DNA of 46,585 nucleotides, taken from the IMG/VR virus record IMGVR_UViG_3300032212_000026, positions 1 to 46,585 of that record; one strand, written 5' to 3'. Position numbers and translations under genes: made by a program. Source of the stretch: a virus (Duplodnaviria > Caudoviricetes). Of this stretch, positions 34,491 to 43,766 are shown piece by piece (within the stretch, counting starts at the first letter, position 1; each line of letters starts with the position of its first letter). The notes under the pieces were generated by a model, which saw only the letters and a program-made list of their open reading frames with translations, searched no databases and had not been told where the DNA came from.

Positions 34491-36566
34491 ATGGCCTCAC
34501 CGCTTACAAGAAACTTGAACCCAGCTAGCCCTGTTGGTACTGAAGTTATCCAAACTAAGGTCCCAGACAACAGCTTGGCTAATCTTGTTCAAAACACAGC
34601 TAGTACAGGTACACAGTTTAAAGCTACAGAAAAAGCTATTGAAGGTAGACAAGCTAGCAAGGCTGTAGATGAAACTGTTGCTGAACTAGACGATCAGATG
34701 CAGCTTGACCCAGTTGTTGACGTTATCAACCAAGAGCTAGGCGCTGTAGAAAAGGTAAAGAGAGCTGAGAGCCAAGGTAGGGCAGGTAAAGATAAGTTCA
34801 CTATCGAACTAGACTCTAGAATGAAGAAGCTTAAGTCTAGGTTCCCTGGCCATATCGATGTTATTGACGCTAGAGCTAGGAAAGTCTTAGGGTTTGATCC
34901 TCGGCAAGCTTCAAGAGAGATTATCTTTAGAGAAAGTGAAGATTCAGATGAAGCCTTAGCACGTAGGTACGGTAACGCAGCAGTACAGTTTGGTACTGAA
35001 GTCTTTGTTAACGGAGATCCCACACAAGGCACAGACTGGAAAGCTACTGCTCTTAAAACACAAGAAAGAGTACAGCTACATCAAGACCTAGACATGCGTA
35101 TGAAGCTAGCAGCTGCTTCTGGTACAACTAGAAAGACAGGAACAGGCCTTATTGGTGGCGCTGGTACAGGTGTAGAGCCTGTAAGGTTAAACCAAATTAG
35201 TGATCTTGCTTTTGACACAGTAGAGAACGAGGTTGATGCTATCTATGAACTAGCCTTTGCTAACGATGGTACCCTAGATCAACAACACTTCGGTCTTATG
35301 TCTACTGCTCTTAATCAACTAGAATCCAGAGCTATTAGGCACCTTGAAGAAAGTCCATCTTACAAAGAGATGAGCACAGAACAAACAGATTACATGAAAG
35401 CTAGGATTACTTCTGAAGTAGATACAGTACGTAAGACTATTAACAACACAGAAGCTACCCTCCCTACTACACAAGCAGTATCTGATGCTATGAAAGTAAA
35501 AGGTTCAGCTTGGGCTCTTAAGAAGATGCCGTTCTTTATGATGCTTAACAATACTACTGGAGGACAAGCTTCTAACGCTATCCTTAGTACTATGTTGACA
35601 CCAGAGAAAGCTGTTGAGCTTAGTGAAGTTACAGGTAATGAGTTCCAAGGGTTTATTGAAGGGCTTACTGAAGGAGACTTCCAAGACTTTGACCCTGTAA
35701 GGGCTGAACGTGAGTATCAAGCAGCGTTCCTTAACGTCCTTGTTAACGGTAACTTTGAAAAAGCTGATGCCTCTATGAGTGAAGGGGTTAAACCCGTAGT
35801 ACTTAAAGATGTGTGGAAGTTTGCTCAGTCTGTAGGTGGGGGTGTCGTAGATGACAAAGGCCTAGTACCTTGGGGTAATGCTTGGCAGTACATGAGTACT
35901 AAACACAGAACTGAGATCAGTAACGTGGAGGGCAATCTTGAAACTCTGGTTAAGAACACACTTAAACCTGCTTTCTCTGTTAATCTTGACAGGTACGGTA
36001 CTGTTGATCCAGTAGGTTCTGAGATTGTTAAAGGGTACGTAAGTAATATTTACGGTGAAGCTATCTTCAAGAGTATGAAGCAACCTAGTACGTTCTTGTT
36101 TAAAGGTGGTAGACGTGATAAACTTCTTCTTAAAGGTCTTGTGTACGACAGTAACAGAGAAGAGTTCACCTTTGTTGGTACCCCTTCGAGTATTGTTGAT
36201 CCAGTAACACAGCGTCCACTAAGACAAGGTGGTAACCTAGCTGATGAACTAGAACAAGCAGCACGTACAGCTAACCAGCTTATCGCTACAGCTAAAGAGA
36301 TGGGGATTAACACGGAAGAAATGATCCAACCAGTACTCGCTTTGCTTGGTGATGTCTCTCTTGGTGAAGCTATCGAACCTTTACCTGGAAGCCCTGAATT
36401 CTTTGGAGCTACTAAAAGGTTTCTTAATGAAGACGTAGCTGAACCTCTTGGTAAGGCTCTATCTAGCGCACCAGGAGACTTTGCTAAAGGAATTAAACCT
36501 ATTACAGATGCACTTACTCCTCCAGAAAAAGAAGAGTTTAGTCCTGTGAAACAAGAGGAAGAATAG
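34491..36566 (+). CDS. Internal virion protein
   Basis: 691-aa helical protein following the large core protein. Confidence 0.7.
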   Translation: MASPLTRNLNPASPVGTEVIQTKVPDNSLANLVQNTASTGTQFKATEKAIEGRQASKAVDETVAELDDQMQLDPVVDVINQELGAVEKVKRAESQGRAGKDKFTIELDSRMKKLKSRFPGHIDVIDARARKVLGFDPRQASREIIFRESEDSDEALARRYGNAAVQFGTEVFVNGDPTQGTDWKATALKTQERVQLHQDLDMRMKLAAASGTTRKTGTGLIGGAGTGVEPVRLNQISDLAFDTVENEVDAIYELAFANDGTLDQQHFGLMSTALNQLESRAIRHLEESPSYKEMSTEQTDYMKARITSEVDTVRKTINNTEATLPTTQAVSDAMKVKGSAWALKKMPFFMMLNNTTGGQASNAILSTMLTPEKAVELSEVTGNEFQGFIEGLTEGDFQDFDPVRAEREYQAAFLNVLVNGNFEKADASMSEGVKPVVLKDVWKFAQSVGGGVVDDKGLVPWGNAWQYMSTKHRTEISNVEGNLETLVKNTLKPAFSVNLDRYGTVDPVGSEIVKGYVSNIYGEAIFKSMKQPSTFLFKGGRRDKLLLKGLVYDSNREEFTFVGTPSSIVDPVTQRPLRQGGNLADELEQAARTANQLIATAKEMGINTEEMIQPVLALLGDVSLGEAIEPLPGSPEFFGATKRFLNEDVAEPLGKALSSAPGDFAKGIKPITDALTPPEKEEFSPVKQEEE

Positions 36567-36570
36567 TAAC

Positions 36571-36963
36571 ATGGCTATAGGTAAACTACTTCAATCCTTA
36601 ATCAAGCCGGTAACGGATGTCGCGTCTGAGTTTATCACAGATAAGGATAAGCTCAACGAGTTCGAGACTGCTGTTAAGTTGAAAGTATTAGATAATGAGG
36701 GGGAGTTGATTAAAGCCAGCGCTTCTATCATTGAGACTGAAGCTAAGAGCGAGTCTTGGTTGACTGCTAACTGGCGTCCACTAACTATGGTTAGCTTCTT
36801 GGGCTTGTTGTGGTCCTATTGGCTAGGGTACAGCCCTGAGAACCTATCTCCTGAGACTTTGAACAACATCTTTGATCTCTTGAAGATAGGCTTAGGTGGG
36901 TACGTTGTAGGTCGCTCCAGTGAAAAGGCAATGAAGTCGTACGCAGAATCTCAAAGGAAATAA
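36571..36963 (+). CDS. Holin, GTA-type 3TM family
   Basis: FITDKDK...EAKSESWLTANWRP...LGGYVVGRSSEK pattern. Confidence 0.85.
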   Translation: MAIGKLLQSLIKPVTDVASEFITDKDKLNEFETAVKLKVLDNEGELIKASASIIETEAKSESWLTANWRPLTMVSFLGLLWSYWLGYSPENLSPETLNNIFDLLKIGLGGYVVGRSSEKAMKSYAESQRK

Positions 36964-36997
36964 ATTAACGTTAACGTCGAAACTGAGGTAGTAGACA

Positions 36998-37543
36998 ATG
37001 AACAAACAGTGTACACAATGTGACGAAACCAAACCTGAATCAGAGTATTATACAAAGAAACGTAGTAAAGTGCGTAAAGACGGTACAGTACATAATTGGT
37101 TAGGATTATATGCAGCTTGTAAAAGATGTGTAGACGGATATAACAAAGCAGCCTCTCATAAGTATAAAGATTATCATGTTCAGTATCGTAAAAATAATAG
37201 AGAGCGGACATCTCGTAACGGTAAACGACACTATGTTAAGGTTATGCTTGAGTGGATAGAGTTAATCAAAACTAAGAAGGCTCTTGAATGTACAGCGTGT
37301 GGATATAACAAGACATGGGCTGCACTAGATTTTCATCACGTAGACCCAAGAGAAAAAGAAAACACAATACACTCTATTATGAAATCAGGTAAACCAACAG
37401 AAGAACGGTGGGCTTTGATGCAAACAGAACTAGATAAATGTGTAATCTTGTGTGCCAACTGTCATAGAGAGGAGCATATGAAGTATAATTACCTAGAACT
37501 GGATGCTGAGAAGGTTGTCAAGGAGTATAATCAAGGTAAGTGA
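36998..37543 (+). CDS. HNH endonuclease
   Basis: CTACGY...ALDFHHVDP...KCVILCANCHREEH plus an N-terminal CxxC...CxxC. Confidence 0.85.
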   Translation: MNKQCTQCDETKPESEYYTKKRSKVRKDGTVHNWLGLYAACKRCVDGYNKAASHKYKDYHVQYRKNNRERTSRNGKRHYVKVMLEWIELIKTKKALECTACGYNKTWAALDFHHVDPREKENTIHSIMKSGKPTEERWALMQTELDKCVILCANCHREEHMKYNYLELDAEKVVKEYNQGK

Positions 37544-37850
37544 TAGGGATTCCAACAGCCTCTGCTGCTTTGATTTCTAGTGTAACACCTAAGCTGTCTT
37601 CCCATCCGGGTAGTTTATACACATAGAGTTCCTCTGCTTTACGTAGGATTTCTATATCTTTCTTAATCCAAAATTCGTGGGTATGAGGTAGGTCACATCT
37701 GTTAGCAATAGGTGTACCCATAGCAATAGGGCAGAAGATAGTCTTATCCTCTTTCATCAACCTCCCTGCTTCTTTACATACTAGATCAAACGCTTCCTCA
37801 TTTGGTAAAGTACTACCGGTATAAGGGCTTGCAAGGTAAATAAATGACAT
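37518..37850 (-). CDS. DUF1937 / nucleoside 2-deoxyribosyltransferase-like protein
   Basis: IYLASPY, FCPI, LPGWEDSLGVTLEI motifs. Confidence 0.8.
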   Translation of the reverse strand: MSFIYLASPYTGSTLPNEEAFDLVCKEAGRLMKEDKTIFCPIAMGTPIANRCDLPHTHEFWIKKDIEILRKAEELYVYKLPGWEDSLGVTLEIKAAEAVGIPITYLDYTP

Positions 37851-38253
37851 GACTAATTTCTCCGATTATCCTAACTTCTCTAGTGAAGAGTTTGATTGTA
37901 AATGTGGTGAGTGTGGAGGGGGAGGCCAAGCTATGTCTCCGCAGTTCATGCTTAAACTACAGATGATACGCAACATAGTAGGCTTTCCCCTCTCCATTTC
38001 TAGCGGTTACCGATGCCCCGATCATAATAGTACAGTGTCGAGTACTGGCCGTCAAGGTCCTCATACAACATTTCATGCTGCGGATATTCAAGTGAGTGGG
38101 TCCGAGGCATTGAAGGTTCTTCAGGCTGCGATGTTGGTAGGCTTTCAAGGGGTTGGCATCTCGCAACGTGGTCAGCATAGCTCAAGGTTTGTTCATCTAG
38201 ATGACTTGACGGAATCCACCCATTCCCCTCGTCCTTGGTTGTGGTCATACTAG
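37849..38253 (+). CDS. Endolysin, peptidase M15A family
   Basis: NFSSEEFDCKCG, ISSGYRCPDHN, H...HAADI, FVHLD zinc-peptidase motifs. Confidence 0.9.
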   Translation: MTNFSDYPNFSSEEFDCKCGECGGGGQAMSPQFMLKLQMIRNIVGFPLSISSGYRCPDHNSTVSSTGRQGPHTTFHAADIQVSGSEALKVLQAAMLVGFQGVGISQRGQHSSRFVHLDDLTESTHSPRPWLWSY

Positions 38254-38518
38254 AGAACTTATCTACCATCTCTTCAGCCCACCGCTCACTCTCCTCATCA
38301 TACTCACTTAACAAGAGTTCGCAATAATGAATGACCTTAAGTACATCCTCTCTTCCTCCTTTCTGGTGGTGTCTGCTTATGTACTTAACTACGTTACCCT
38401 CGTACCAACCTAGATCATTAGCCCGTATGTACTCAACGGGTTGAATCTCCATCTCCTTATAATGACTACCAGCCACCTGTTTATTCAATGGGTGGTTTTC
38501 TTTATCTGTATCTACCAT
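38000..38518 (-). CDS. DUF3310-family protein with a C-terminal tail overlapping the endolysin antisense
   Basis: QVAGSHYK...IQPVEYI...GNVVKYISR...KGGREDVLKVIHY. Confidence 0.8.
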   Translation of the reverse strand: MVDTDKENHPLNKQVAGSHYKEMEIQPVEYIRANDLGWYEGNVVKYISRHHQKGGREDVLKVIHYCELLLSEYDEESERWAEEMVDKFSSMTTTKDEGNGWIPSSHLDEQTLSYADHVARCQPLESLPTSQPEEPSMPRTHSLEYPQHEMLYEDLDGQYSTLYYYDRGIGNR

Positions 38519-38688
38519 CCCGTCTCATCCCTTTCTTTACGTTCATCTCTATCTTTACTATCGTACTCCCACAGCTTAGCGTTTAACCAAGCTTGAAGTT
38601 CTCTTAGGTCTTCGATACCTCCTTCTTTATGGACCCAAGAGTTAAGGGTATAGTACACTGTATCAACTGCTATAGTAGGATCGCGCAT
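38512..38688 (-). CDS. Small hypothetical protein (58 aa, MRDPTIAVDTVYY...)
   Basis: Manually translated; fills the gap and overlaps the DUF3310 start. Confidence 0.5.
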   Translation of the reverse strand: MRDPTIAVDTVYYTLNSWVHKEGGIEDLRELQAWLNAKLWEYDSKDRDERKERDETGW

Positions 38689-38762
38689 GTTGCTATAAAC
38701 ATACCGACAATTACAACTGCCAGTACTCCTCTGTTAAACCATCTCATCCACGGGTCAATCAT
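38670..38762 (-). CDS. 30-aa single-TM peptide
   Basis: MIDPWMRWFNRGVLAVVIVGMFIATCAILL*, overlapping the upstream stop. Confidence 0.45.
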   Translation of the reverse strand: MIDPWMRWFNRGVLAVVIVGMFIATCAILL

Positions 38763-38985
38763 CTTTCTTAAATTCCTTCTTCAATACTACGAACTCTTCT
38801 CGCACAGGAATCCAATTAGAGTTAGGCCCCCATTGCCACAGACATAAGCCGTTACCTCCAGCTTGGTCAGGGTACTCGTTAATTACCCAGTGTACTTCAC
38901 CTTCAAAAGCTCCTCTACTCTTAGGGGGTTGTGATATGTACTCGTACTCTGGCTTAGTAGGCTTCTTAAACAGTTTACTTAACAT
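38755..38985 (-). CDS. Hypothetical protein
   Basis: 76-aa ORF coupled to neighbours. Confidence 0.65.
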   Translation of the reverse strand: MLSKLFKKPTKPEYEYISQPPKSRGAFEGEVHWVINEYPDQAGGNGLCLWQWGPNSNWIPVREEFVVLKKEFKKDD

Positions 38986-39391
38986 CTTTCTTCTCTTCCT
39001 CTTCTTCCTTGAACACTCCTGCTGCTACGAGGTGGTTGAACGTAAGTCTTTCATCGTACGTGTGATGTGGCTCTGATGAGTTACGCGCTACAATCTCAAG
39101 CTCACCTACATTAGGGATATTACCCATCATCACTTCATTTACTTCCTTGCTCTCATCTTTAATCTCAGCGTTAATCAACACGTACTCAGTACCAGCAAGG
39201 GTAAACGAATCCCCCACTTTAATGTGTTGAGCTACTAGTTGTAGCTGTTGTTGAGCTTTCTGTTCCTTAGCGATCAACTCTTTAGCTTCTTCCAAGGTGT
39301 ACTTCTTTTCTTTACTGTTCATGTAAGGTGTTCCTTCTTCCCATCTGCCGTTATCGTATTGAATAGTTTGTCCAGTTTCATTCATCTTCAC
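38975..39391 (-). CDS. Hypothetical protein
   Basis: 138 aa; AAGGAG SD. Confidence 0.7.
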   Translation of the reverse strand: MKMNETGQTIQYDNGRWEEGTPYMNSKEKKYTLEEAKELIAKEQKAQQQLQLVAQHIKVGDSFTLAGTEYVLINAEIKDESKEVNEVMMGNIPNVGELEIVARNSSEPHHTYDERLTFNHLVAAGVFKEEEEEKKDVK

Positions 39392-39443
39392 TCGCTCCTT
39401 CTATATCACATTCTTTGTCTAGTATAGTCTGAATCACCTTGTT

Positions 39444-41108
39444 TCATTCCTTTACCTCCGTTAAGATACCTGCTCTCTTGCCTTCCATTGTAAACGTACT
39501 GCACCCCTTGGCTCCACCTGTGTAAGCGTCGAGGTAGATTTGTTTGAAGTCCTCCCACTCTGTATCCTTTGGTACGTTACAAGTCTTAGATACACCGCTA
39601 TCGCAATACTTCTGTCCTACACACAAGACATCTATGTGCTCTTTCGTACTAACTTCGACCACTGTCTTGCCTTCGACACCATAAAAGTTGTATGCATAAT
39701 CGAGTAGAAGCTCCTCCCTTGCACCACCGAACTCTTGGATAATCCGCTTCTGTGATAGCGTGAATACTGGTTCGATACCTGTTGATACGTTGTCTGCTGT
39801 CTGGCTGATGGTGCCGGTAGGAGCAATGCTGATGAGGTGACTGTTACGGATGCCATGTTTCTTAATCAATCCTTTCGTGTCTTCGTCTAACCTTTCTATG
39901 AACTTACTCTTCATGTACTTACGTTTATCAAACAGAGGGAAGCTACCTTTCTCTTTAGCTAGGAGAGCTGAGGCTTTGTACGCTTCGTTAGTTAACGTCT
40001 TTAAGATATCCTCCATCATAACGAGGTATTCAGGTGAGCCATAAGGTAGACCCATAATCTCAAGAGCATTAGCCATGCCAGTAACACCAATACCCATACG
40101 CCTCTTATTCTTAGCTTCTTTCTCTTGCTCGTACAAAGGGTACACTGCTCTGTCTACTACGTTATCAAGGGCTCGTACAATGTGAGGGATGTCTTCTTTT
40201 AATTGGATGAAATTAAACCAGTGTACTAGTTGACCTTTATCCATAGTACCGTTAGCCTTAACGTACTTAGTCATGTTGAAAGACCCGAGAAGGCACGCAC
40301 CATTAGGAGGTAGGGGTTGTTCAGCACAAGGGTTAGTAGTAGCGATAGTCTCACAATAGTAGAGGTTGTTGTACTCGTTCATTCTATCAATAAAGATAAC
40401 ACCCGGCTCACCCCAGTCCCACGTGCTACGCATCAAGGTTTCCCACAAGTCAGCAGCCTTTACTGTTTGGTACACCTTACCGTTAAACCTAAGATCAAAG
40501 TCTTCGTCGTTAGCTAAGGCTTCCATGAACTCATCAGTCACACCAACACTCATGTTGAAACCAGTAAGTGTTGATTGATCGTGCTTTGCGTTAATGAACT
40601 CGAAGATGTCAGGATGGTCAACCCGCATGACTCCCATCTGTGCCCCCCTGCGATGTCCCGAGGAAGAGATTGTACCACATACGGAGTCGAAGATAGACAT
40701 AAAGCTAACCGGACCTGATGATGCACTATCAAGTTTATTGATAAGAGCGCCTCGTGGACGTAACGTACTAAAGTCGTACCCGATACCACCCCCCATCCGC
40801 ATCGTTGTTGCAGCAATCGAGGCAGTGTCCATGATACAGTTCTTACCTTCGGTGAGGGAGTCCTCGATAGTAGGTGCAACAAAGCAATTGTAAGGAGTAA
40901 CCGTCTTAGGTTGTCCCATAGCTGCTCTGATACGTCCACCAAATAGAAAGCGTTGGTCACCAGTAATCTCCTTAACTGTGTGATAGTGGTCCTCACCGTC
41001 CTTGAGAGCGCTCGCTACCCTACACGTAGCATCTTTGAATGACTCACCTTTACCCCTGTACTTCTCAGTGTCGAGGCGTTGTGCTTGTTCTGTCTTAGGT
41101 CCGTTCAT
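39444..41108 (-). CDS. nrdJ: Class II (adenosylcobalamin-dependent) ribonucleotide reductase
   Basis: YNCFV, GGGIGYDFS, RRGAQMG, TNPCAEQPL..NGACLLGS, IAPTGTIS, DSGVSKT. No radical-generating small subunit is seen in the genome. Likely start MNGPKT at 41108. Confidence 0.9.
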   Translation of the reverse strand: MNGPKTEQAQRLDTEKYRGKGESFKDATCRVASALKDGEDHYHTVKEITGDQRFLFGGRIRAAMGQPKTVTPYNCFVAPTIEDSLTEGKNCIMDTASIAATTMRMGGGIGYDFSTLRPRGALINKLDSASSGPVSFMSIFDSVCGTISSSGHRRGAQMGVMRVDHPDIFEFINAKHDQSTLTGFNMSVGVTDEFMEALANDEDFDLRFNGKVYQTVKAADLWETLMRSTWDWGEPGVIFIDRMNEYNNLYYCETIATTNPCAEQPLPPNGACLLGSFNMTKYVKANGTMDKGQLVHWFNFIQLKEDIPHIVRALDNVVDRAVYPLYEQEKEAKNKRRMGIGVTGMANALEIMGLPYGSPEYLVMMEDILKTLTNEAYKASALLAKEKGSFPLFDKRKYMKSKFIERLDEDTKGLIKKHGIRNSHLISIAPTGTISQTADNVSTGIEPVFTLSQKRIIQEFGGAREELLLDYAYNFYGVEGKTVVEVSTKEHIDVLCVGQKYCDSGVSKTCNVPKDTEWEDFKQIYLDAYTGGAKGCSTFTMEGKRAGILTEVKE

Positions 41109-41436
41109 CTTCTTCCTTTGCTTGTTCCTGTTCTTTAATTGACTCTTCAATAAACCAAAGTAGGTCGGGGGTGTCGTTCATAGGACATCGTTGTACGTCA
41201 TCTTTATATGGGTACACTTCCCAATAGGGTTCACCGTAGCAGCCTAGTCTGTCATTAACGTCAAGGTACACTGATACTCTAGCGTCTCCTTTAAACACCA
41301 AGAACCTAGCCATAGCTCCAGCAAACGGGGGGATAACCTTTACATCCCACTCTTCTTTAAACTTTATACGAGGAATCTCTTTACACCAGCTAAGCCAATG
41401 TTCTTCATCTTCTATTTCAAATCTCTTTATCATCAT
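41095..41436 (-). CDS. Conserved phage hypothetical protein
   Basis: IPPFAGAMARF...VSVYLD...GEPYWEVYP motif; start reassigned to MMIKRF. Confidence 0.75.
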   Translation of the reverse strand: MMIKRFEIEDEEHWLSWCKEIPRIKFKEEWDVKVIPPFAGAMARFLVFKGDARVSVYLDVNDRLGCYGEPYWEVYPYKDDVQRCPMNDTPDLLWFIEESIKEQEQAKEEDERT

Positions 41437-41803
41437 CTGAGTCCTCGTTGTTGTACCCACTGTTCCACACTGAAGGTTTAAGTACGTTGTCAAGTACCTC
41501 TGTAGTTTTCTCTGTTACTTCTTCAAAGATACCTTGAGCTTGAGCCATACTCTCTTCGTGTTGTTTAATGATGTACGCCCTAGCTTTAGCCAACCTATCT
41601 ATAGAACGCTGAGCATCGAGGAACGAATAGTACGCTTCAATAGTCTCGTTCATTGCTTCTTGGTAAGTTTCTCGATGTTCCTTTACTCCATCTTTAATCA
41701 AACCATCGAGGCGTTCCATTGCTTGAGTGTACGCATCTACTGGATTAAAGTTTGTTGCTTGCTCGTCTTCTTGTTCGCTGTTATCAACGTCTTCAGTCAT
41801 CAT
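41417..41803 (-). CDS. Hypothetical acidic helical protein
   Basis: 128-aa ORF coupled to neighbours. Confidence 0.7.
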   Translation of the reverse strand: MMTEDVDNSEQEDEQATNFNPVDAYTQAMERLDGLIKDGVKEHRETYQEAMNETIEAYYSFLDAQRSIDRLAKARAYIIKQHEESMAQAQGIFEEVTEKTTEVLDNVLKPSVWNSGYNNEDSDDDKEI

Positions 41804-41984
41804 AGTTATCCTCGTTCTCCATTAAATCATCTTCAAATATGTGAGGCATAGTATCCTCGTTGATGTGCCCCTCTTCTATTAAGAACTCAATTAAATCCCA
41901 CAGGTCAAACTGTGCTGCATCCAAGATTTCACTCACGCTGTCATAACTATCCATAACCCTTCTTATTAGTCGTTCATTTAACAT
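41793..41984 (-). CDS. Small acidic protein
   Basis: 63-aa ORF coupled to neighbours. Confidence 0.65.
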   Translation of the reverse strand: MLNERLIRRVMDSYDSVSEILDAAQFDLWDLIEFLIEEGHINEDTMPHIFEDDLMENEDNYDD

Positions 41985-42435
41985 GTTTCCAAATCTTTCT
42001 AGTATTAATTTGAGAAATCGTTGAATTGCTTACACCATATACCTTCGCAATTTCTCTATTCGTCTGCCCCTTACATAATCTGTGGCGTATTTCTAGTACA
42101 TTTTCTTCTGTTAATTTAGACGTGGGGTTACTAGTTCCAAACGTCTGCCTTCCTTTCTTTTTCATGTCGTGCATGTTATCTTTATGAGTACCTATGAAAA
42201 GATGGGCTGGATTAATACACGTACGTTCATCACATGTATGTAGAACTAACTTACCTTTTGGTATAGTTTCTTGATGATAGGCTTCATAAGATAGTCTATG
42301 CGCTCTATATGTTTTTCCTTTCCACCGCACTTTACCATAGCCGTCCCAGGTCTTACCTCCAGACCAACACCAACATCCTTCTTCACCATCAGGATAGAAC
42401 GAATACCACTCAAGTTTAAGTATTTTATCGTCCAT
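41974..42435 (-). CDS. Free-standing HNH homing endonuclease with a C-terminal HTH
   Basis: CWCWSG...GYG...AHRLSY...VLHTCD...CINPAHLFIGTHKDNMHD; NREIAKVYGVSNSTISQI. Confidence 0.9.
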   Translation of the reverse strand: MDDKILKLEWYSFYPDGEEGCWCWSGGKTWDGYGKVRWKGKTYRAHRLSYEAYHQETIPKGKLVLHTCDERTCINPAHLFIGTHKDNMHDMKKKGRQTFGTSNPTSKLTEENVLEIRHRLCKGQTNREIAKVYGVSNSTISQINTRKIWKHVK

Positions 42436-43192
42436 AAATCTTTTTCATCCTTTTTAAAGACACTTGCTCAAGATCATAATCACCTTTACTAACGCTATGT
42501 TTTACACAACAGCCTACCCACCACATCTTGTTAGCGTTACCAGCGTAAGAGTGGAAGTGATCATCGAAGCACCCTGCTACAAGTCCGTTGAGTTTAGTAC
42601 CATCTTCTTTAGTCTGTTGTGCGTGGTTCAGCAGGTGGAGGTGACCTACTGTGCAAGACTGATGCTTCTTAACCAACAAGGAATGTGCAGGGTGCTCACC
42701 ACCTATAGCTCTACCCATAACACCTGAGACTAGGTAATGAGCGTAGGTGATTCCGTCTATTTCTATTGTACCAGGGCTCGATCCGTTGTACCGTACTACA
42801 TCATCATAGAATGTATCCATCTGAAGGTCATCGTAACCGATAGTACCGTCGAGCATAGCATCTGCGTTAGTAGCTCTACTGATCCTGTACTCATGGTTAC
42901 CTTCGAGAACAACAGCTCTAATCTTCTTACGTACACTAGGGGACACCTCCTTCCACAAGGTTTCTTGGAACTTAATGCTAGCTTCTACATCTTTGTTGTA
43001 CCGCCTTCCTTCAAATCCACGTGTACCTCTGTCGTAAGAACTGAGACTAGCCATATCAGCTGCGTCACCTAGGTTTACTACAACGTCAGGCTTGATATCG
43101 TTGATCAACTTACCTGCGTACTTTGCCCTAGTGTGGTTAGTAAACGGATCAGCGTGTTGATCTGGTATAATAAGATGTGTCTTACTCATCAC
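42425..43192 (-). CDS. Calcineurin-like metallophosphoesterase
   Basis: PDQH, LGDAAD, EGNHE, GHLH motifs. Confidence 0.9.
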   Translation of the reverse strand: MMSKTHLIIPDQHADPFTNHTRAKYAGKLINDIKPDVVVNLGDAADMASLSSYDRGTRGFEGRRYNKDVEASIKFQETLWKEVSPSVRKKIRAVVLEGNHEYRISRATNADAMLDGTIGYDDLQMDTFYDDVVRYNGSSPGTIEIDGITYAHYLVSGVMGRAIGGEHPAHSLLVKKHQSCTVGHLHLLNHAQQTKEDGTKLNGLVAGCFDDHFHSYAGNANKMWWVGCCVKHSVSKGDYDLEQVSLKRMKKIYGR

Positions 43193-43434
43193 TTATTTTT
43201 AACCTCTTTAATAGTGACAGTAGCTGGTACACATGAAACAGAGTACTCTTTATACTTCTTTAAGATAAGAAATCTTGCGTCTATCTCATCACTATCAGCG
43301 TCAGTCATCAATTCCAACAGCCTAGTTTTTATACTCGGTAAGCTATCCCACAAATAAAAATCATCTTCAATTTCTTTATTGTTAGTAACAAGTTCTCGTT
43401 CTGTTTTATCGTAAACGTAATAAAAAGTTGTCAT
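43189..43434 (-). CDS. Hypothetical protein
   Basis: 81-aa ORF with ATGA overlaps. Confidence 0.65.
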   Translation of the reverse strand: MTTFYYVYDKTERELVTNNKEIEDDFYLWDSLPSIKTRLLELMTDADSDEIDARFLILKKYKEYSVSCVPATVTIKEVKNK

Positions 43435-43766
43435 TGTCCTATCACCTCGTTAATGTACTTTACAAGTTGTGGGTTATCAAGCAACACCTGAGTAAACCCT
43501 GTGGCTAATGTATGTACAGTACGTTCTTCTTCATCGTCATCCTTTATATTGTACACGTGGTAGATAGCGTGAAAGAGTTCGTGTAGTACAGTGTCGAGCA
43601 ACGCTACATCATCTGGGTGTCCGTCACTGATACGAAGCCTGTACCTTAGATGATCGTACTTACCCCACACCCCTTCGTTTTCAACCATCCTAGGTACGAC
43701 AACACAGGTAACGTTGAACGGCCCGACCTTAATTTTCTTTGGTAGTTTCATCATTCGTCTAACCAC
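43431..43766 (-). CDS. Small HEXXH metallopeptidase-like protein
   Basis: TVLHELFHAI...EERTV; start probably 43754. Confidence 0.75.
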   Translation of the reverse strand: MVRRMMKLPKKIKVGPFNVTCVVVPRMVENEGVWGKYDHLRYRLRISDGHPDDVALLDTVLHELFHAIYHVYNIKDDDEEERTVHTLATGFTQVLLDNPQLVKYINEVIGQ

